The notes: generated by a model from the sequence alone, not told the origin. Shown: positions 35,553 to 44,404, counted from the stretch's first letter. The stretch is DNA of 64,000 nt from an uncultured Pelagibacteraceae bacterium (GCA_902622795.1 CACNRD010000005.1:2993-66992), one strand, 5' to 3'. Numbers and translations are program-made.

Positions 35553-36740
35553 TTAATTTCTCTCGATACACATGGCTATGCCCATACCTCCACCAATACA
35601 GAGTGCCGCACAACCTTTCTTTTTTCCTTGTCTTTTAAGTTCATGAATTAAAGTTACAAGTATTCTTGTTCCTGAAGCACCTATAGGATGACCTAAAGCT
35701 ATTGCTCCACCGTTTACATTAACCTTTTCTTCTGGAATTTTAAGTTCTCGTATAACTGCAAGAGATTGTGCTGCGAAGGCTTCATTGATTTCAAATAAAT
35801 CTACGTCCTCTATTTTCCACTGAGCTCTAGTAAGAGCCTCTTTAATTGAGGGTATCGGTCCAAGTCCCATTAGGGTAGGCTCCACTCCTGATGATGCCCA
35901 AGACACAATGTTTGCAAGTATTTCTAAGGATTTTAACTCAGCTTTTTCTCTTGTCATTAAAACTATAGCAGCAGCACCATCGTTTAATCCAGAGGAATTA
36001 CCAGGTGTAACAGTTCCGTTTTCTTTAAATACTGTTTTTAGCTTTTCTAAGTCATCTAGATTTATATTATTTCTCAAATATTCATCATATTCGAAAATAA
36101 ATTTTTCATTGTTGGTTTGGATTTGTAACTTTATTAATTCATCCTTAAACTTTTTTTCCTCATAAGCTTTTTTTGCTTTTTTTTGAGAATTTATAGAAAA
36201 AATATCCTGCTCTTGTCGGGAAATATTGTATTTTTCTGCAACATTTTCTGCTGTGACGCCCATATGATAATCGTTAAAAGAGTCTGTCAGTCCATCTTTT
36301 ATCATTGTGTCTATCAAATTATCTTCAATAAATTTTTTATCATCTCTTAAGAAAATTGCATGTGTTGCTCTAGACATGTTTTCTTGTCCACCTGCAACAA
36401 CAATCTCATTCTCTCTTAGCTTTATGGATTGATAACCGGATACAACGGATCTTAAACCAGATCCACATACTTGATTTACTATGTGTGCAGGTTTTGAAAC
36501 AGGAACTCCTGCGTGAATTGAAGCTTGTCTTGCAGGATTTTGACCAAGACCTGCTGTGAGAACATGTCCCATAATAACCTCATCTATATCTTCTACTTTA
36601 AGATTTGATTTGAAAATTACCTCTTTAATAACCAGTGCACCAAGCTTATCTGCACTGATGTTCTTAAGAGATCCTTTATATTTACCTATTGGTGTTCTTA
36701 ATGCGGAGGTAATAACAACGTCTTTAGGAATTTTGCTCAT
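35553..36740 (-). CDS. acetyl-CoA C-acetyltransferase (thiolase)
   Basis: [39 protein letters not shown]. Confidence 0.95.
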   Translation of the reverse strand: MSKIPKDVVITSALRTPIGKYKGSLKNISADKLGALVIKEVIFKSNLKVEDIDEVIMGHVLTAGLGQNPARQASIHAGVPVSKPAHIVNQVCGSGLRSVVSGYQSIKLRENEIVVAGGQENMSRATHAIFLRDDKKFIEDNLIDTMIKDGLTDSFNDYHMGVTAENVAEKYNISRQEQDIFSINSQKKAKKAYEEKKFKDELIKLQIQTNNEKFIFEYDEYLRNNINLDDLEKLKTVFKENGTVTPGNSSGLNDGAAAIVLMTREKAELKSLEILANIVSWASSGVEPTLMGLGPIPSIKEALTRAQWKIEDVDLFEINEAFAAQSLAVIRELKIPEEKVNVNGGAIALGHPIGASGTRILVTLIHELKRQGKKKGCAALCIGGGMGIAMCIERN

Positions 36741-36813
36741 TAAATTGTCAACATATTATTTTATAAGTTAAATTACATCAAAAACTTTGATATATGAAAT
36801 ATATAACTAATAA

Positions 36814-36890
36814 GGACCGCTGGCCAAATTGGATAAGGCGCTCGGCTACGAACCGGGAGATTCCAGATTCGAGTTCTGGGCGGTCCACCA
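36814..36890 (+). tRNA. tRNA-Arg(ACG)
   Basis: GGACCGC/GCGGTCC acceptor stem, CTCGG CTACGAA CCGGG anticodon arm, TTCGAGT T-loop, A20, encoded CCA. Confidence 0.95.
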
Positions 36891-37004
36891 AATAGGAATT
36901 AAAATGTTTGATTGGCTTATAAAAGCTTCTTTACAAAAATCAGTAGTATATTTTTTTATCATTATTGTGATAGTTTTATTAATCTTAACTTACTTGTTAT
37001 AGAA

Positions 37005-37403
37005 ATGGCTAAAGAATTTGAACAGATAAGTATTAAACCTGGTTTTATGAAACATAATGGAGGTGTTTTATTTAGAACAATATCTGAAACAGAATATGAA
37101 TTTAAATCCATAATAAATAAAAATCATTTGAATGCTATAGGCATAACTCATGGTGGATACTTGTCAGCTCTAATCGACTCCGGAGCTGGAACTGCCGCTC
37201 ATCGAGCTGCTGGTAACGTTCCCTGTGTAACAATTTCTTTAGACATAAAATTTATTGGTTCTTCAAAAGAAAGTGACGAAATAGTTGGGTACACTAGAAT
37301 TTTAAAAAGAACTAAAACACTTGTTTTTCTATTTTGTGAACTTGCCTGTGATAAAAAAATTATAACCTCCGCTTCAGGTATTTGGAAAATTTTGAAAAAA
37401 TAA
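37005..37403 (+). CDS. PaaI family thioesterase
   Basis: HLNAIGITHGGYLSALIDS hotdog motif; start moved to ATG 37005. Confidence 0.9.
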   Translation: MAKEFEQISIKPGFMKHNGGVLFRTISETEYEFKSIINKNHLNAIGITHGGYLSALIDSGAGTAAHRAAGNVPCVTISLDIKFIGSSKESDEIVGYTRILKRTKTLVFLFCELACDKKIITSASGIWKILKK

Positions 37404-37508
37404 AATGAGAACTTTTTACCCTCCGATTCGGTCATGTTTTAGTCTATTTTTGTTCTATAGCTGCAACAATATCTGGTAGGTAAAAAAAAAATAATACCAA
37501 ACATAGAA

Positions 37509-39989
37509 ATGAAAAAAAATAAAATCACTGCTGTTCTAGGACCTACAAACACTGGAAAAACTCATCTTGCAATAGAAACTATGCTCTCGTTTGAAACTGG
37601 AATGATTGGTTTTCCTCTGAGATTATTAGCAAGAGAAGTATATGACAAAGTAATAAAAAAGATTAGCACTGATAAAGTTGCTTTAATCACTGGTGAAGAA
37701 AAAATTATTCCATCAAATGCCAAATATTTCCTATGCACAGTTGAGTCTATGCCGATCGACAAATATTTAGAATTTGTTGCAGTAGATGAAATACAAATGT
37801 GTGCAGATCATGAAAGAGGTCATATTTTTACTGATAGACTTTTAAATATGAGGGGTGAAAAACTTACAATGTTAATGGGATCTAATACTATAAAAAATAT
37901 TATCACTAAGTTAGATGGTGATATAGAATTTATAAATAGAGATAGACTATCAAAACTTACCTATTCAGGTCATAAAAAAATTTCTAGAATAAATAGAAAA
38001 ACAGCAATTATAGCATTCTCTGCGGAAGAAGTTTATGCAATAGCTGAGCTGATAAGAAGACAAAAGGGTGGGGCAGCTATAGTAATGGGTTCGCTTAGTC
38101 CTAAAACAAGAAATGCTCAAGTAGAATTATATCAGTCAGGAGATGTGGATTTTTTAGTTGCAACTGATGCTATTGGAATGGGTATTAATATGGATTTGGA
38201 ACATATTTATTTTTCTAATCTTAAAAAATTTGATGGAAAAAAATTAAGGAGACTTAATCTTTCTGAAATAGGTCAAATAGCTGGAAGAGCTGGAAGATAT
38301 TTAAATGATGGAAGTTTTGGCATAACTGGAGAATGTAAAGAAATAACTGCTGAAGATGTGGATCTCCTAGAGAATCATAAATTTGAGGAAATAAGAACTT
38401 TATTTTGGAGGAATTCAAATCTAAATTTTAATAACTCTTCTAGTTTAATTAAAAGTTTAGATGAAAAACCTCACATGGAATGGTTAAGAAAAATACATGA
38501 ATGTGAAGATGAAAAAGCCCTTAAATATTTTTTAAAAGATACCAATTTTATTAATTTAAAATTTAATGAGAAAACCTTAAGTCTGCTATGGGAGTGCTGT
38601 CAAATTCCTGATTTTGTTAAAAAAACTTATGGCAATCATTATGAGGTTATTGGAAGTGTATTTAAGTTTTTAAATAGTGATAAAAGAGTGATTTCTAACG
38701 ATTATATGAGGTTACAGCTATTGAAACTTGACAAATTAGATGGAAATGTTGACTCTTTATCAAATAGAATTGCAAATGTTAGGACTTGGTCATATGTTTC
38801 AAATAAAAATAATTGGGTAGAAAATCAAGATTATTGGATTGAGAAAACTAAACACTTAGAAGATAGACTTTCAGATAGACTTCATGAAGAACTTACTAAA
38901 ACTTTTATTGATAAAAGAGCAAGCGTTCTTGCAAGAGGATTAAAACAAGACATGGAATTTAAAACAGAAATCTTGGAAAACAATGACGTAATGATCGATG
39001 AACAATTTATTGGAAAAATCAATGGGTTAAAATTAGAATTAGACCTTAAAAAAGGTGCTCTAGAGACAGATATCAAATCCTTAAAAAAAGCAGCAAGACA
39101 GACTATTGGCCCAGAACTTGAGAGAAGAATTCAGGCAATTATTGATACAGGTTTTATTAAACTCCATGAAGATTTCAAAATTTATTGGAATAAATTTCCC
39201 ATTGCAAAACTTTCTACGGGTACCGATTATCTAAATCCTAATTTTAATTTATTAATAGATGACATAATTGACCAAGGTCCTAAACAAAAATTAAATGAAT
39301 ATATTTATGGGTGGATTCAAACAAAAATTAATGAGGTATTAAAAAGTCTTATTGACCTAAAAAATATTAAAGAAAATAACTCTTCGATAAAAGCTTTGGC
39401 CTATCAACTTTATGAAAATAATGGTGTCTTAAAGAGAGATCAGGTATCTGAATATTTAAAAAATTTAGGTCAAAATGAGAGAAAAATTCTTAGAGAATTA
39501 GGTGTAAAATTTGGACGGTATCACGTATTTCTGCATCAATTAATTAAGCCTGAGGCTGTTTCTTTAAGGACTTTATTATGGAAAAATTTTCATCAAAAAT
39601 ATTATAATTTAAAACCCCCCACATTTGGCCTTAATTTTATAGACAATAAAGACTTAAAAAATCAAAACTTCATGCTTCTATGTGGATTTGAGAAATTTGA
39701 CGCATTCTTTGTTAGGATAGATATTCTAGAAAGACTATTTATGTTAATCATTAATTCAAATTCAAAAGAAAAAAGTGACATTAAAGTAGTTCCTGAAATG
39801 TTAAATTTATTAGGATGCAGTAAAGAAAACTTTAAAAGACTCTTAACGAAGATGAATTATAAAGTATTTGAAAAAGAAAAAGAAATATATTTTAAATACA
39901 ATCCAATTAAAAAATTCAAAAAAGCTCCAATTAAAAAAGTTTCGAAAGAAAATCCATTTGAAGTTTTAAAAAATTTAAACCTAAGCTAG
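37509..39989 (+). CDS. SUV3/MgpS-like superfamily 2 helicase
   Basis: LGPTNTGKT, PLRLLARE, DEIQ, ATDAIGMG, QIAGRAGR, LSDRLHEELT. Confidence 0.93.
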   Translation: MKKNKITAVLGPTNTGKTHLAIETMLSFETGMIGFPLRLLAREVYDKVIKKISTDKVALITGEEKIIPSNAKYFLCTVESMPIDKYLEFVAVDEIQMCADHERGHIFTDRLLNMRGEKLTMLMGSNTIKNIITKLDGDIEFINRDRLSKLTYSGHKKISRINRKTAIIAFSAEEVYAIAELIRRQKGGAAIVMGSLSPKTRNAQVELYQSGDVDFLVATDAIGMGINMDLEHIYFSNLKKFDGKKLRRLNLSEIGQIAGRAGRYLNDGSFGITGECKEITAEDVDLLENHKFEEIRTLFWRNSNLNFNNSSSLIKSLDEKPHMEWLRKIHECEDEKALKYFLKDTNFINLKFNEKTLSLLWECCQIPDFVKKTYGNHYEVIGSVFKFLNSDKRVISNDYMRLQLLKLDKLDGNVDSLSNRIANVRTWSYVSNKNNWVENQDYWIEKTKHLEDRLSDRLHEELTKTFIDKRASVLARGLKQDMEFKTEILENNDVMIDEQFIGKINGLKLELDLKKGALETDIKSLKKAARQTIGPELERRIQAIIDTGFIKLHEDFKIYWNKFPIAKLSTGTDYLNPNFNLLIDDIIDQGPKQKLNEYIYGWIQTKINEVLKSLIDLKNIKENNSSIKALAYQLYENNGVLKRDQVSEYLKNLGQNERKILRELGVKFGRYHVFLHQLIKPEAVSLRTLLWKNFHQKYYNLKPPTFGLNFIDNKDLKNQNFMLLCGFEKFDAFFVRIDILERLFMLIINSNSKEKSDIKVVPEMLNLLGCSKENFKRLLTKMNYKVFEKEKEIYFKYNPIKKFKKAPIKKVSKENPFEVLKNLNLS

Positions 39990-39994
39990 TCATT

Positions 39995-40411
39995 ATGTTT
40001 TTTAAGAAAGAGGATAAAAAAATTGAAGATAGCTTTCTAATTAAAGTCGGTGCTTTGTTAATCCATACTGCTAAGATTGATGAAAATTATACTGATAATG
40101 AAGAAGAAATAATTAAAAAAACGCTTTTAGAATTGGGAGTTAAAAAAGAAAATCTTTCTTCCACAATTAAGGAAGCAAAAATTATCGAAGAAAATTCAAA
40201 TCAAATCCTTGAATTTACAAGAGAAGTAAAAAATTTATCTGAGAATGAAAAAATCAAAATAATAGAGGCACTCTGGGCTATAATATACTCAAATAAAGAT
40301 GCTGATTTATATGAAACTAATTTAATGAGAAGACTTGCTGGGCTTCTTTATATAGATAGCAAAGTTATGGGAGATATTAAAAACAAAATTAAAAATGAAA
40401 GTTCGAAATGA
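39995..40411 (+). CDS. TerB-family (tellurite resistance-like) protein
   Basis: [13 protein letters not shown]...[13 protein letters not shown]...[13 protein letters not shown] pattern. Confidence 0.8.
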   Translation: MFFKKEDKKIEDSFLIKVGALLIHTAKIDENYTDNEEEIIKKTLLELGVKKENLSSTIKEAKIIEENSNQILEFTREVKNLSENEKIKIIEALWAIIYSNKDADLYETNLMRRLAGLLYIDSKVMGDIKNKIKNESSK

Positions 40412-40734
40412 CATATCTTGTTAACGACAATTGCATTAAATGTAAATTAACTGACTGCGTTGATGTATGTCCGGTAGATTGCTTTTATGAAGGGAAAAAT
40501 ATGCTTGTAATTAAACCGGATGAGTGTATAGATTGTGGCGTTTGCGAGCCAGAATGTCCCGTTGATGCCATTAAAGCTGATACTGAACCTGGAAGTGAAA
40601 AATGGTTAGAGATTAATACTAAATATTCTGAGATCTGGCCTAATATAAGTGAAAAGAAAGATCCTCCAACGGATCATGAAAAATTTAAGGATGAGCAAAA
40701 TAAGTACGAAAAATATTTTAAAGAAAATCTTTAA
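40408..40734 (+). CDS. fdxA: ferredoxin FdxA
   Basis: [30 protein letters not shown]. Confidence 0.96.
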   Translation: MTYLVNDNCIKCKLTDCVDVCPVDCFYEGKNMLVIKPDECIDCGVCEPECPVDAIKADTEPGSEKWLEINTKYSEIWPNISEKKDPPTDHEKFKDEQNKYEKYFKENL

Positions 40735-40753
40735 TAGAAAAACCGAAAAAAAA

Positions 40754-41593
40754 GTGAAAAAAAAAGTTACTAAAAAAAAAGTTACTAAAAAAAAAGTTGC
40801 TAAAAATAAAATAAAAAAAACAAAAAAAATAATTTCAAAAAAAACTAAAAAAGTTTCAAAAAAAACTCCTACAAAATCTATTAAGACAAGATCAGATAAA
40901 AAAAAAATTTCTGCTCCAACAGAGCCAAAAGTTGACAATCTAAGAATTTCTAAAACTAACGAATTAAAGCCTGAGATAAAGAAAGTTAAAAAACAAGAAA
41001 CTGAAAAAAGAGAATATAAAATTAAAGATTATGTTGTTTATCCTAAACATGGTGTTGGACAAATTATAGAGTTTAAGAAAATCAATATAGGTGGAATAGA
41101 CGTTGAGACTTATGTTATAAAATTTGAAAAAGATAAAGCAAATGGAATGGTGCCAGTTAATAAGCAGTCTCATTTAAGATCCTTGGCAACTATTAATCAG
41201 GTCAATAAATGTATTTCAATTCTCAAAAGTAAGCCAAAAATAAAAAGATCAATGTGGAGTAGACGGGCACAAGAATATGAGGCTAAAATTTCCTCTGGAA
41301 AAATTTATGAATTAGCAGAAGTGGTCAGAGATTTGAATAAAGGTGATGATCTAATGGTTGATCAATCTTATAGTGAAAGACAACTCTTTGAAAAAGCTTA
41401 TGAAAGAATTTTATCCGAGTTTCAGGTTATTTTGAATTTATCACCAGAGGATACTCAAAAAAAATTAGATAAAGCCCTAAAAAGAAACATGGGTAGTCAA
41501 GCACAAGCTGCACCTATAACAACTAAAGCAGCTGAAACAGAACTACCAGTAGACGAACCAATTTCAGATACTGACGAACCTATCGAAGAGTAA
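40754..41593 (+). CDS. carD: CarD/CdnL-family RNAP-binding regulator with Lys-rich N-terminal extension
   Basis: VVYPKHGVG, MWSRRAQEYEAKI (Trp wedge), AEVVRDL, QSYSERQLFE; most plausible start GTG 40754 (track start 40649 overlaps fdxA). Confidence 0.93.
   Translation: MKKKVTKKKVTKKKVAKNKIKKTKKIISKKTKKVSKKTPTKSIKTRSDKKKISAPTEPKVDNLRISKTNELKPEIKKVKKQETEKREYKIKDYVVYPKHGVGQIIEFKKINIGGIDVETYVIKFEKDKANGMVPVNKQSHLRSLATINQVNKCISILKSKPKIKRSMWSRRAQEYEAKISSGKIYELAEVVRDLNKGDDLMVDQSYSERQLFEKAYERILSEFQVILNLSPEDTQKKLDKALKRNMGSQAQAAPITTKAAETELPVDEPISDTDEPIEE
40757..40801 (+). repeat. 15-bp tandem repeat x3 encoding KKKVT/KKKVT/KKKVA
   Basis: AAAAAAAAAGTTACT x2 then AAAAAAAAAGTTGCT. Confidence 0.9.
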
Positions 41594-41636
41594 AAAAAAA
41601 CGCCTCTCACACAAATTGTAATGAGAAGCGTTTTTT
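41594..41636. terminator. bidirectional intrinsic terminator between carD and the miniprotein gene
   Basis: A-tract CGCCTCTCA ... TGAGAAGCG T-tract; imperfect hairpin giving U-runs on both strands. Confidence 0.75.
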
Positions 41637-41654
41637 GTAAAGAATACTAAGTTA

Positions 41655-41747
41655 CTATTTTCTTCTTCTTTTTTTTGCTTTTTTCTTAGCTTTTTTCTTA
41701 GCTTTTTTCTTAGTTTTCTTTGCCGCTTTTTTTCTTTTCTTAGGCAT
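41655..41747 (-). CDS. 30-aa Lys/Arg-rich miniprotein MPKKRKKAAKKTKKKAKKKAKKKAKKRRRK (not in ORF track)
   Basis: SD AAGGGAG 6 nt before ATG, tandem TAG TAA stops, downstream terminator, upstream TTGACA element; 12-bp GCTAAGAAAAAA repeats keep frame. Confidence 0.8.
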   Translation of the reverse strand: MPKKRKKAAKKTKKKAKKKAKKKAKKRRRK

Positions 41748-41771
41748 CTTTAGCTCCCTTTTTTAGTTAAA

Positions 41772-41788
41772 CGAATCAAAATGATTCG
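41772..41788. promoter_or_regulatory. palindrome with two GANTC sites in miniprotein leader
   Basis: CGAATCA-AAA-TGATTCG. Confidence 0.5.
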
Positions 41789-41799
41789 CTATTACTATA

Positions 41800-41828
41800 T
41801 TTTTATTTTTTTCTATAAGTTATGTCAA
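41800..41828 (-). promoter_or_regulatory. candidate sigma70 promoter of miniprotein gene
   Basis: TTGACA-N17-TAAAAA (consensus -35; -10 lacks -7T). Confidence 0.5.
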
Positions 41829-41947
41829 ACCTTTAATTGAAACTTAAAATTTGAAAAATTATTTTTTATTTTTTATTTTTTTTTAAATTTTAATCTATTA
41901 ATTAAGTTAATGTTTATGCGGTTAATAAACCATCTTATAAAAATAAA

Positions 41948-43645
41948 TTAATAAAGATTTTCTAATTCATTTTTATATTTCTGTATAATTTTATATCTTT
42001 TTAATTTTAATGTTGGTGTTATCAGTCCATTTTCAATTGTAAATTGATCTTTAATAACAATAAATTTTTTTATTTTTTCTATTTTTGATAAGTTCTTATT
42101 CACTATTTCTAATTCTTTTAAAATTATCTCGTCAAGTATGTTCGACTTTTCTTTATTTAAAACTAATAACGCAACCAAATAAGGTTTATTATCTCCATAC
42201 ACTAAAGTTTGCTCAACAAAATCAATTTTTAATAAATCATTTTCAATTTTTATTGGTGAAATATTTTCACCTCCAGGAGTAATTAGAATATCTTTTTTTC
42301 TATCTGTAATTTTTAAGTAATTATTTTCAAAATGACCAATATCACCAGTAGATAACCATCCATCATTTAAAACTTTTTTGGTTTCTTCCTCATTATTCCA
42401 ATAGCCTAACATTACGTTTTCACCCTTAACCAAGATCTCGCCATCATCTGCTATTTTAACCTCATTTGCAGTAAAGGCAGGTCCAACAGTATCTATCCTT
42501 ATATCATCTTTTGGATTACAACTAACCACTGGAGAGGTTTCTGTTAAACCGTATCCCTGTAATGTCGGTAATCCTATTGCATTTAAAAATACCCCTACAT
42601 CTTTATCTAAAGCTCCGCCTCCAGAAATAAATAACTTTAGGGAACCACCAAATTGTGCTTTTATTTTTTTTCTAACTAATTTTTCACAAATAATGTTTTG
42701 TACTTTTTCTAATTTAGACAATTTATTTTTAAATAAAACCTTTTCCCCAAGAGAAAGCATTTTGTTGATAAGATATTTTTTAAGGCCTTTTGTTTTGTTA
42801 AAAGATGCATTTATCTTTTGATATAAATTTTGATAAAATCTTGGGACAGCAGTCATTATATCAGGATTACATTCGCCCATATTTTTTATTAGCTTGTCAA
42901 TACTTTCAGCATAAAACACTCTGGCGCCCAATGCTATTTGAACAAATTGAACAGTATGCTCGTACGAGTGTGACAATGGTAGCCAAGTTAAAAATCTAGC
43001 TTTTTTTGAAATAAACTCTTTTAGTAAAAATAAAGCTCCTTCACAATTACTCAATATTCCTCCATGACTTAACATCACACCTTTGGGGTTTCCTTGTGTG
43101 CCTGAGGTATAAATTATACAGGCAAGATCTTTTCTAGAAATATCTAAATTTCGAAAATTTTTTTCCTGATATTTTTTTTTCTCAAAAATATTTTTGATGT
43201 AAATAACCTCATTTGCATCTTTAATCTTTTCAAAAGATAATATTTTTTTTATGAAAGGTTTGGATTTAACTATATTTTTAATTTTATTATATTGTAAAGA
43301 GTCTGAAACAATTACAACTGAAGGATTACAATCATTAATTAAATATTCGTAATCTCTTTCTACATAGGTCGTGTAAGCTGGAACAGTAATACCTTTTGAT
43401 AACATTATTGCTAAATCAGAGATCATCCATTCAGGTCTATTTTCTGAAATTAACAAACAACGATCTTTGTTCTCTATAAATGAACTTAACTCTTCAGATA
43501 GTTTTAAAATATTTACATAGGTTTCTTTCCATGTAAATTTATTTTCTAAATTTTTTAATGATTTCAAAAAAATTTGATCTGGCTTTTCTTTTAAGTACTG
43601 TTGATAAAAAAGTTCTAAAAGATTATTTTGTTTCTTTATTTCCAT
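41948..43645 (-). CDS. long-chain fatty acid--CoA ligase (AMP-dependent synthetase)
   Basis: YTSGTQGNPKGV, QGYGLTETSP, GWLSTGDIG, TPTLKLKR; start moved to ATG 43645 because the track extension runs into the tRNA. Confidence 0.93.
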   Translation of the reverse strand: MEIKKQNNLLELFYQQYLKEKPDQIFLKSLKNLENKFTWKETYVNILKLSEELSSFIENKDRCLLISENRPEWMISDLAIMLSKGITVPAYTTYVERDYEYLINDCNPSVVIVSDSLQYNKIKNIVKSKPFIKKILSFEKIKDANEVIYIKNIFEKKKYQEKNFRNLDISRKDLACIIYTSGTQGNPKGVMLSHGGILSNCEGALFLLKEFISKKARFLTWLPLSHSYEHTVQFVQIALGARVFYAESIDKLIKNMGECNPDIMTAVPRFYQNLYQKINASFNKTKGLKKYLINKMLSLGEKVLFKNKLSKLEKVQNIICEKLVRKKIKAQFGGSLKLFISGGGALDKDVGVFLNAIGLPTLQGYGLTETSPVVSCNPKDDIRIDTVGPAFTANEVKIADDGEILVKGENVMLGYWNNEEETKKVLNDGWLSTGDIGHFENNYLKITDRKKDILITPGGENISPIKIENDLLKIDFVEQTLVYGDNKPYLVALLVLNKEKSNILDEIILKELEIVNKNLSKIEKIKKFIVIKDQFTIENGLITPTLKLKRYKIIQKYKNELENLY

Positions 43646-43651
43646 ATCTTT

Positions 43652-43736
43652 TGGTGGGCGAAGAGAGAATCGAACTCTCACTTCTTGCGAAACACGATTT
43701 TGAGTCGTGCGCGTCTACCAGTTCCGCCATTCGCCC
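43652..43736 (-). tRNA. tRNA-Leu(CAA)
   Basis: rev-comp GGGCGAATGGCGGAACTGGTAGACGCG CACGA CTCAAAA TCGTG, long variable arm, GTTCGATTC, CCA. Confidence 0.97.
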
Positions 43737-43798
43737 GCTAATTTGAATTAAATTATATTTAAATAGTATAAGAACTAAAATTATATTAAAACCAAAAA

Positions 43799-44404
43799 AT
43801 GTTTCAAACTCTTTACAGGAAATGTTTAGATTTAGCATCACATAAGAGCTCAAACTTTTATTTAGGTTTAGTTTCGTTTATTGAAAGTTCTTTTTTTCCC
43901 ATACCACCAGACGTAATGATTGTGCCTATGGTCATTGCAAAGAAAAAAAATTACATAAAAATATTTTTGATAGCATCCATTTTTTCAGTTTTGGGAGGTG
44001 TTTTTGGATACTTCCTGGGATCTTTTTTTTATGATCTATCTTTCAGTGTGATCGAATTTTATGGATATGAAAATAAAGTTGAAAAATTAAAATATAATCT
44101 ATCTATTGGAGAGGGGTTTCTAGCATGGTTGAGTATACTTTTTTTGGCAGGTTTTACTCCTTTGCCTTATAAAGCATTCACAATTGCTAGTGGATTAATT
44201 GGTTTTAATCTGTTCATATTTATCCTTGTAAGTCTTATCTCTAGAAGTCTTAGGTTTTTTATTATTTCTTACTTGTCGTATAAATTTGGACATTTATTTA
44301 CTGATTTTATGAACAGACATGGATCAAAATGGTTTACCATTTTAGGGATATTACTTGTTATTATATTTTTAATAATATTTTTATTTTATAAATTTAATGT
44401 TTAA
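43799..44404 (+). CDS. YqaA/DedA (VTT domain) membrane protein
   Basis: SFIESSFFPIPPD, SVLGGVFGY, GFTPLPYK, SRSLRF. Confidence 0.9.
   Translation: MFQTLYRKCLDLASHKSSNFYLGLVSFIESSFFPIPPDVMIVPMVIAKKKNYIKIFLIASIFSVLGGVFGYFLGSFFYDLSFSVIEFYGYENKVEKLKYNLSIGEGFLAWLSILFLAGFTPLPYKAFTIASGLIGFNLFIFILVSLISRSLRFFIISYLSYKFGHLFTDFMNRHGSKWFTILGILLVIIFLIIFLFYKFNV

Noticed and set aside
36814-37004. tRNA genes as island integration sites
   Set aside because: No integrase, no duplicated tRNA 3' end, and no foreign-looking genes beside any of the three tRNAs
37405-37479. 24-codon ORF MRTFYPPIRSCFSLFLFYSCNNIW
   Set aside because: No SD, atypical codons; the region is better explained as the helicase promoter
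40649-40753. Longer carD start given by the ORF track
   Set aside because: Overlaps fdxA by 86 nt; GTG at 40754 is more parsimonious, though unproven
40757-41747. Short periodic repeats as a CRISPR-like array
   Set aside because: 12- and 15-bp in-frame coding repeats without spacers; no cas genes
43558-43853. ORFs of 62 and 76 aa and the N-terminal extension of the acyl-CoA ligase
   Set aside because: They overlap tRNA-Leu(CAA); translation artefacts
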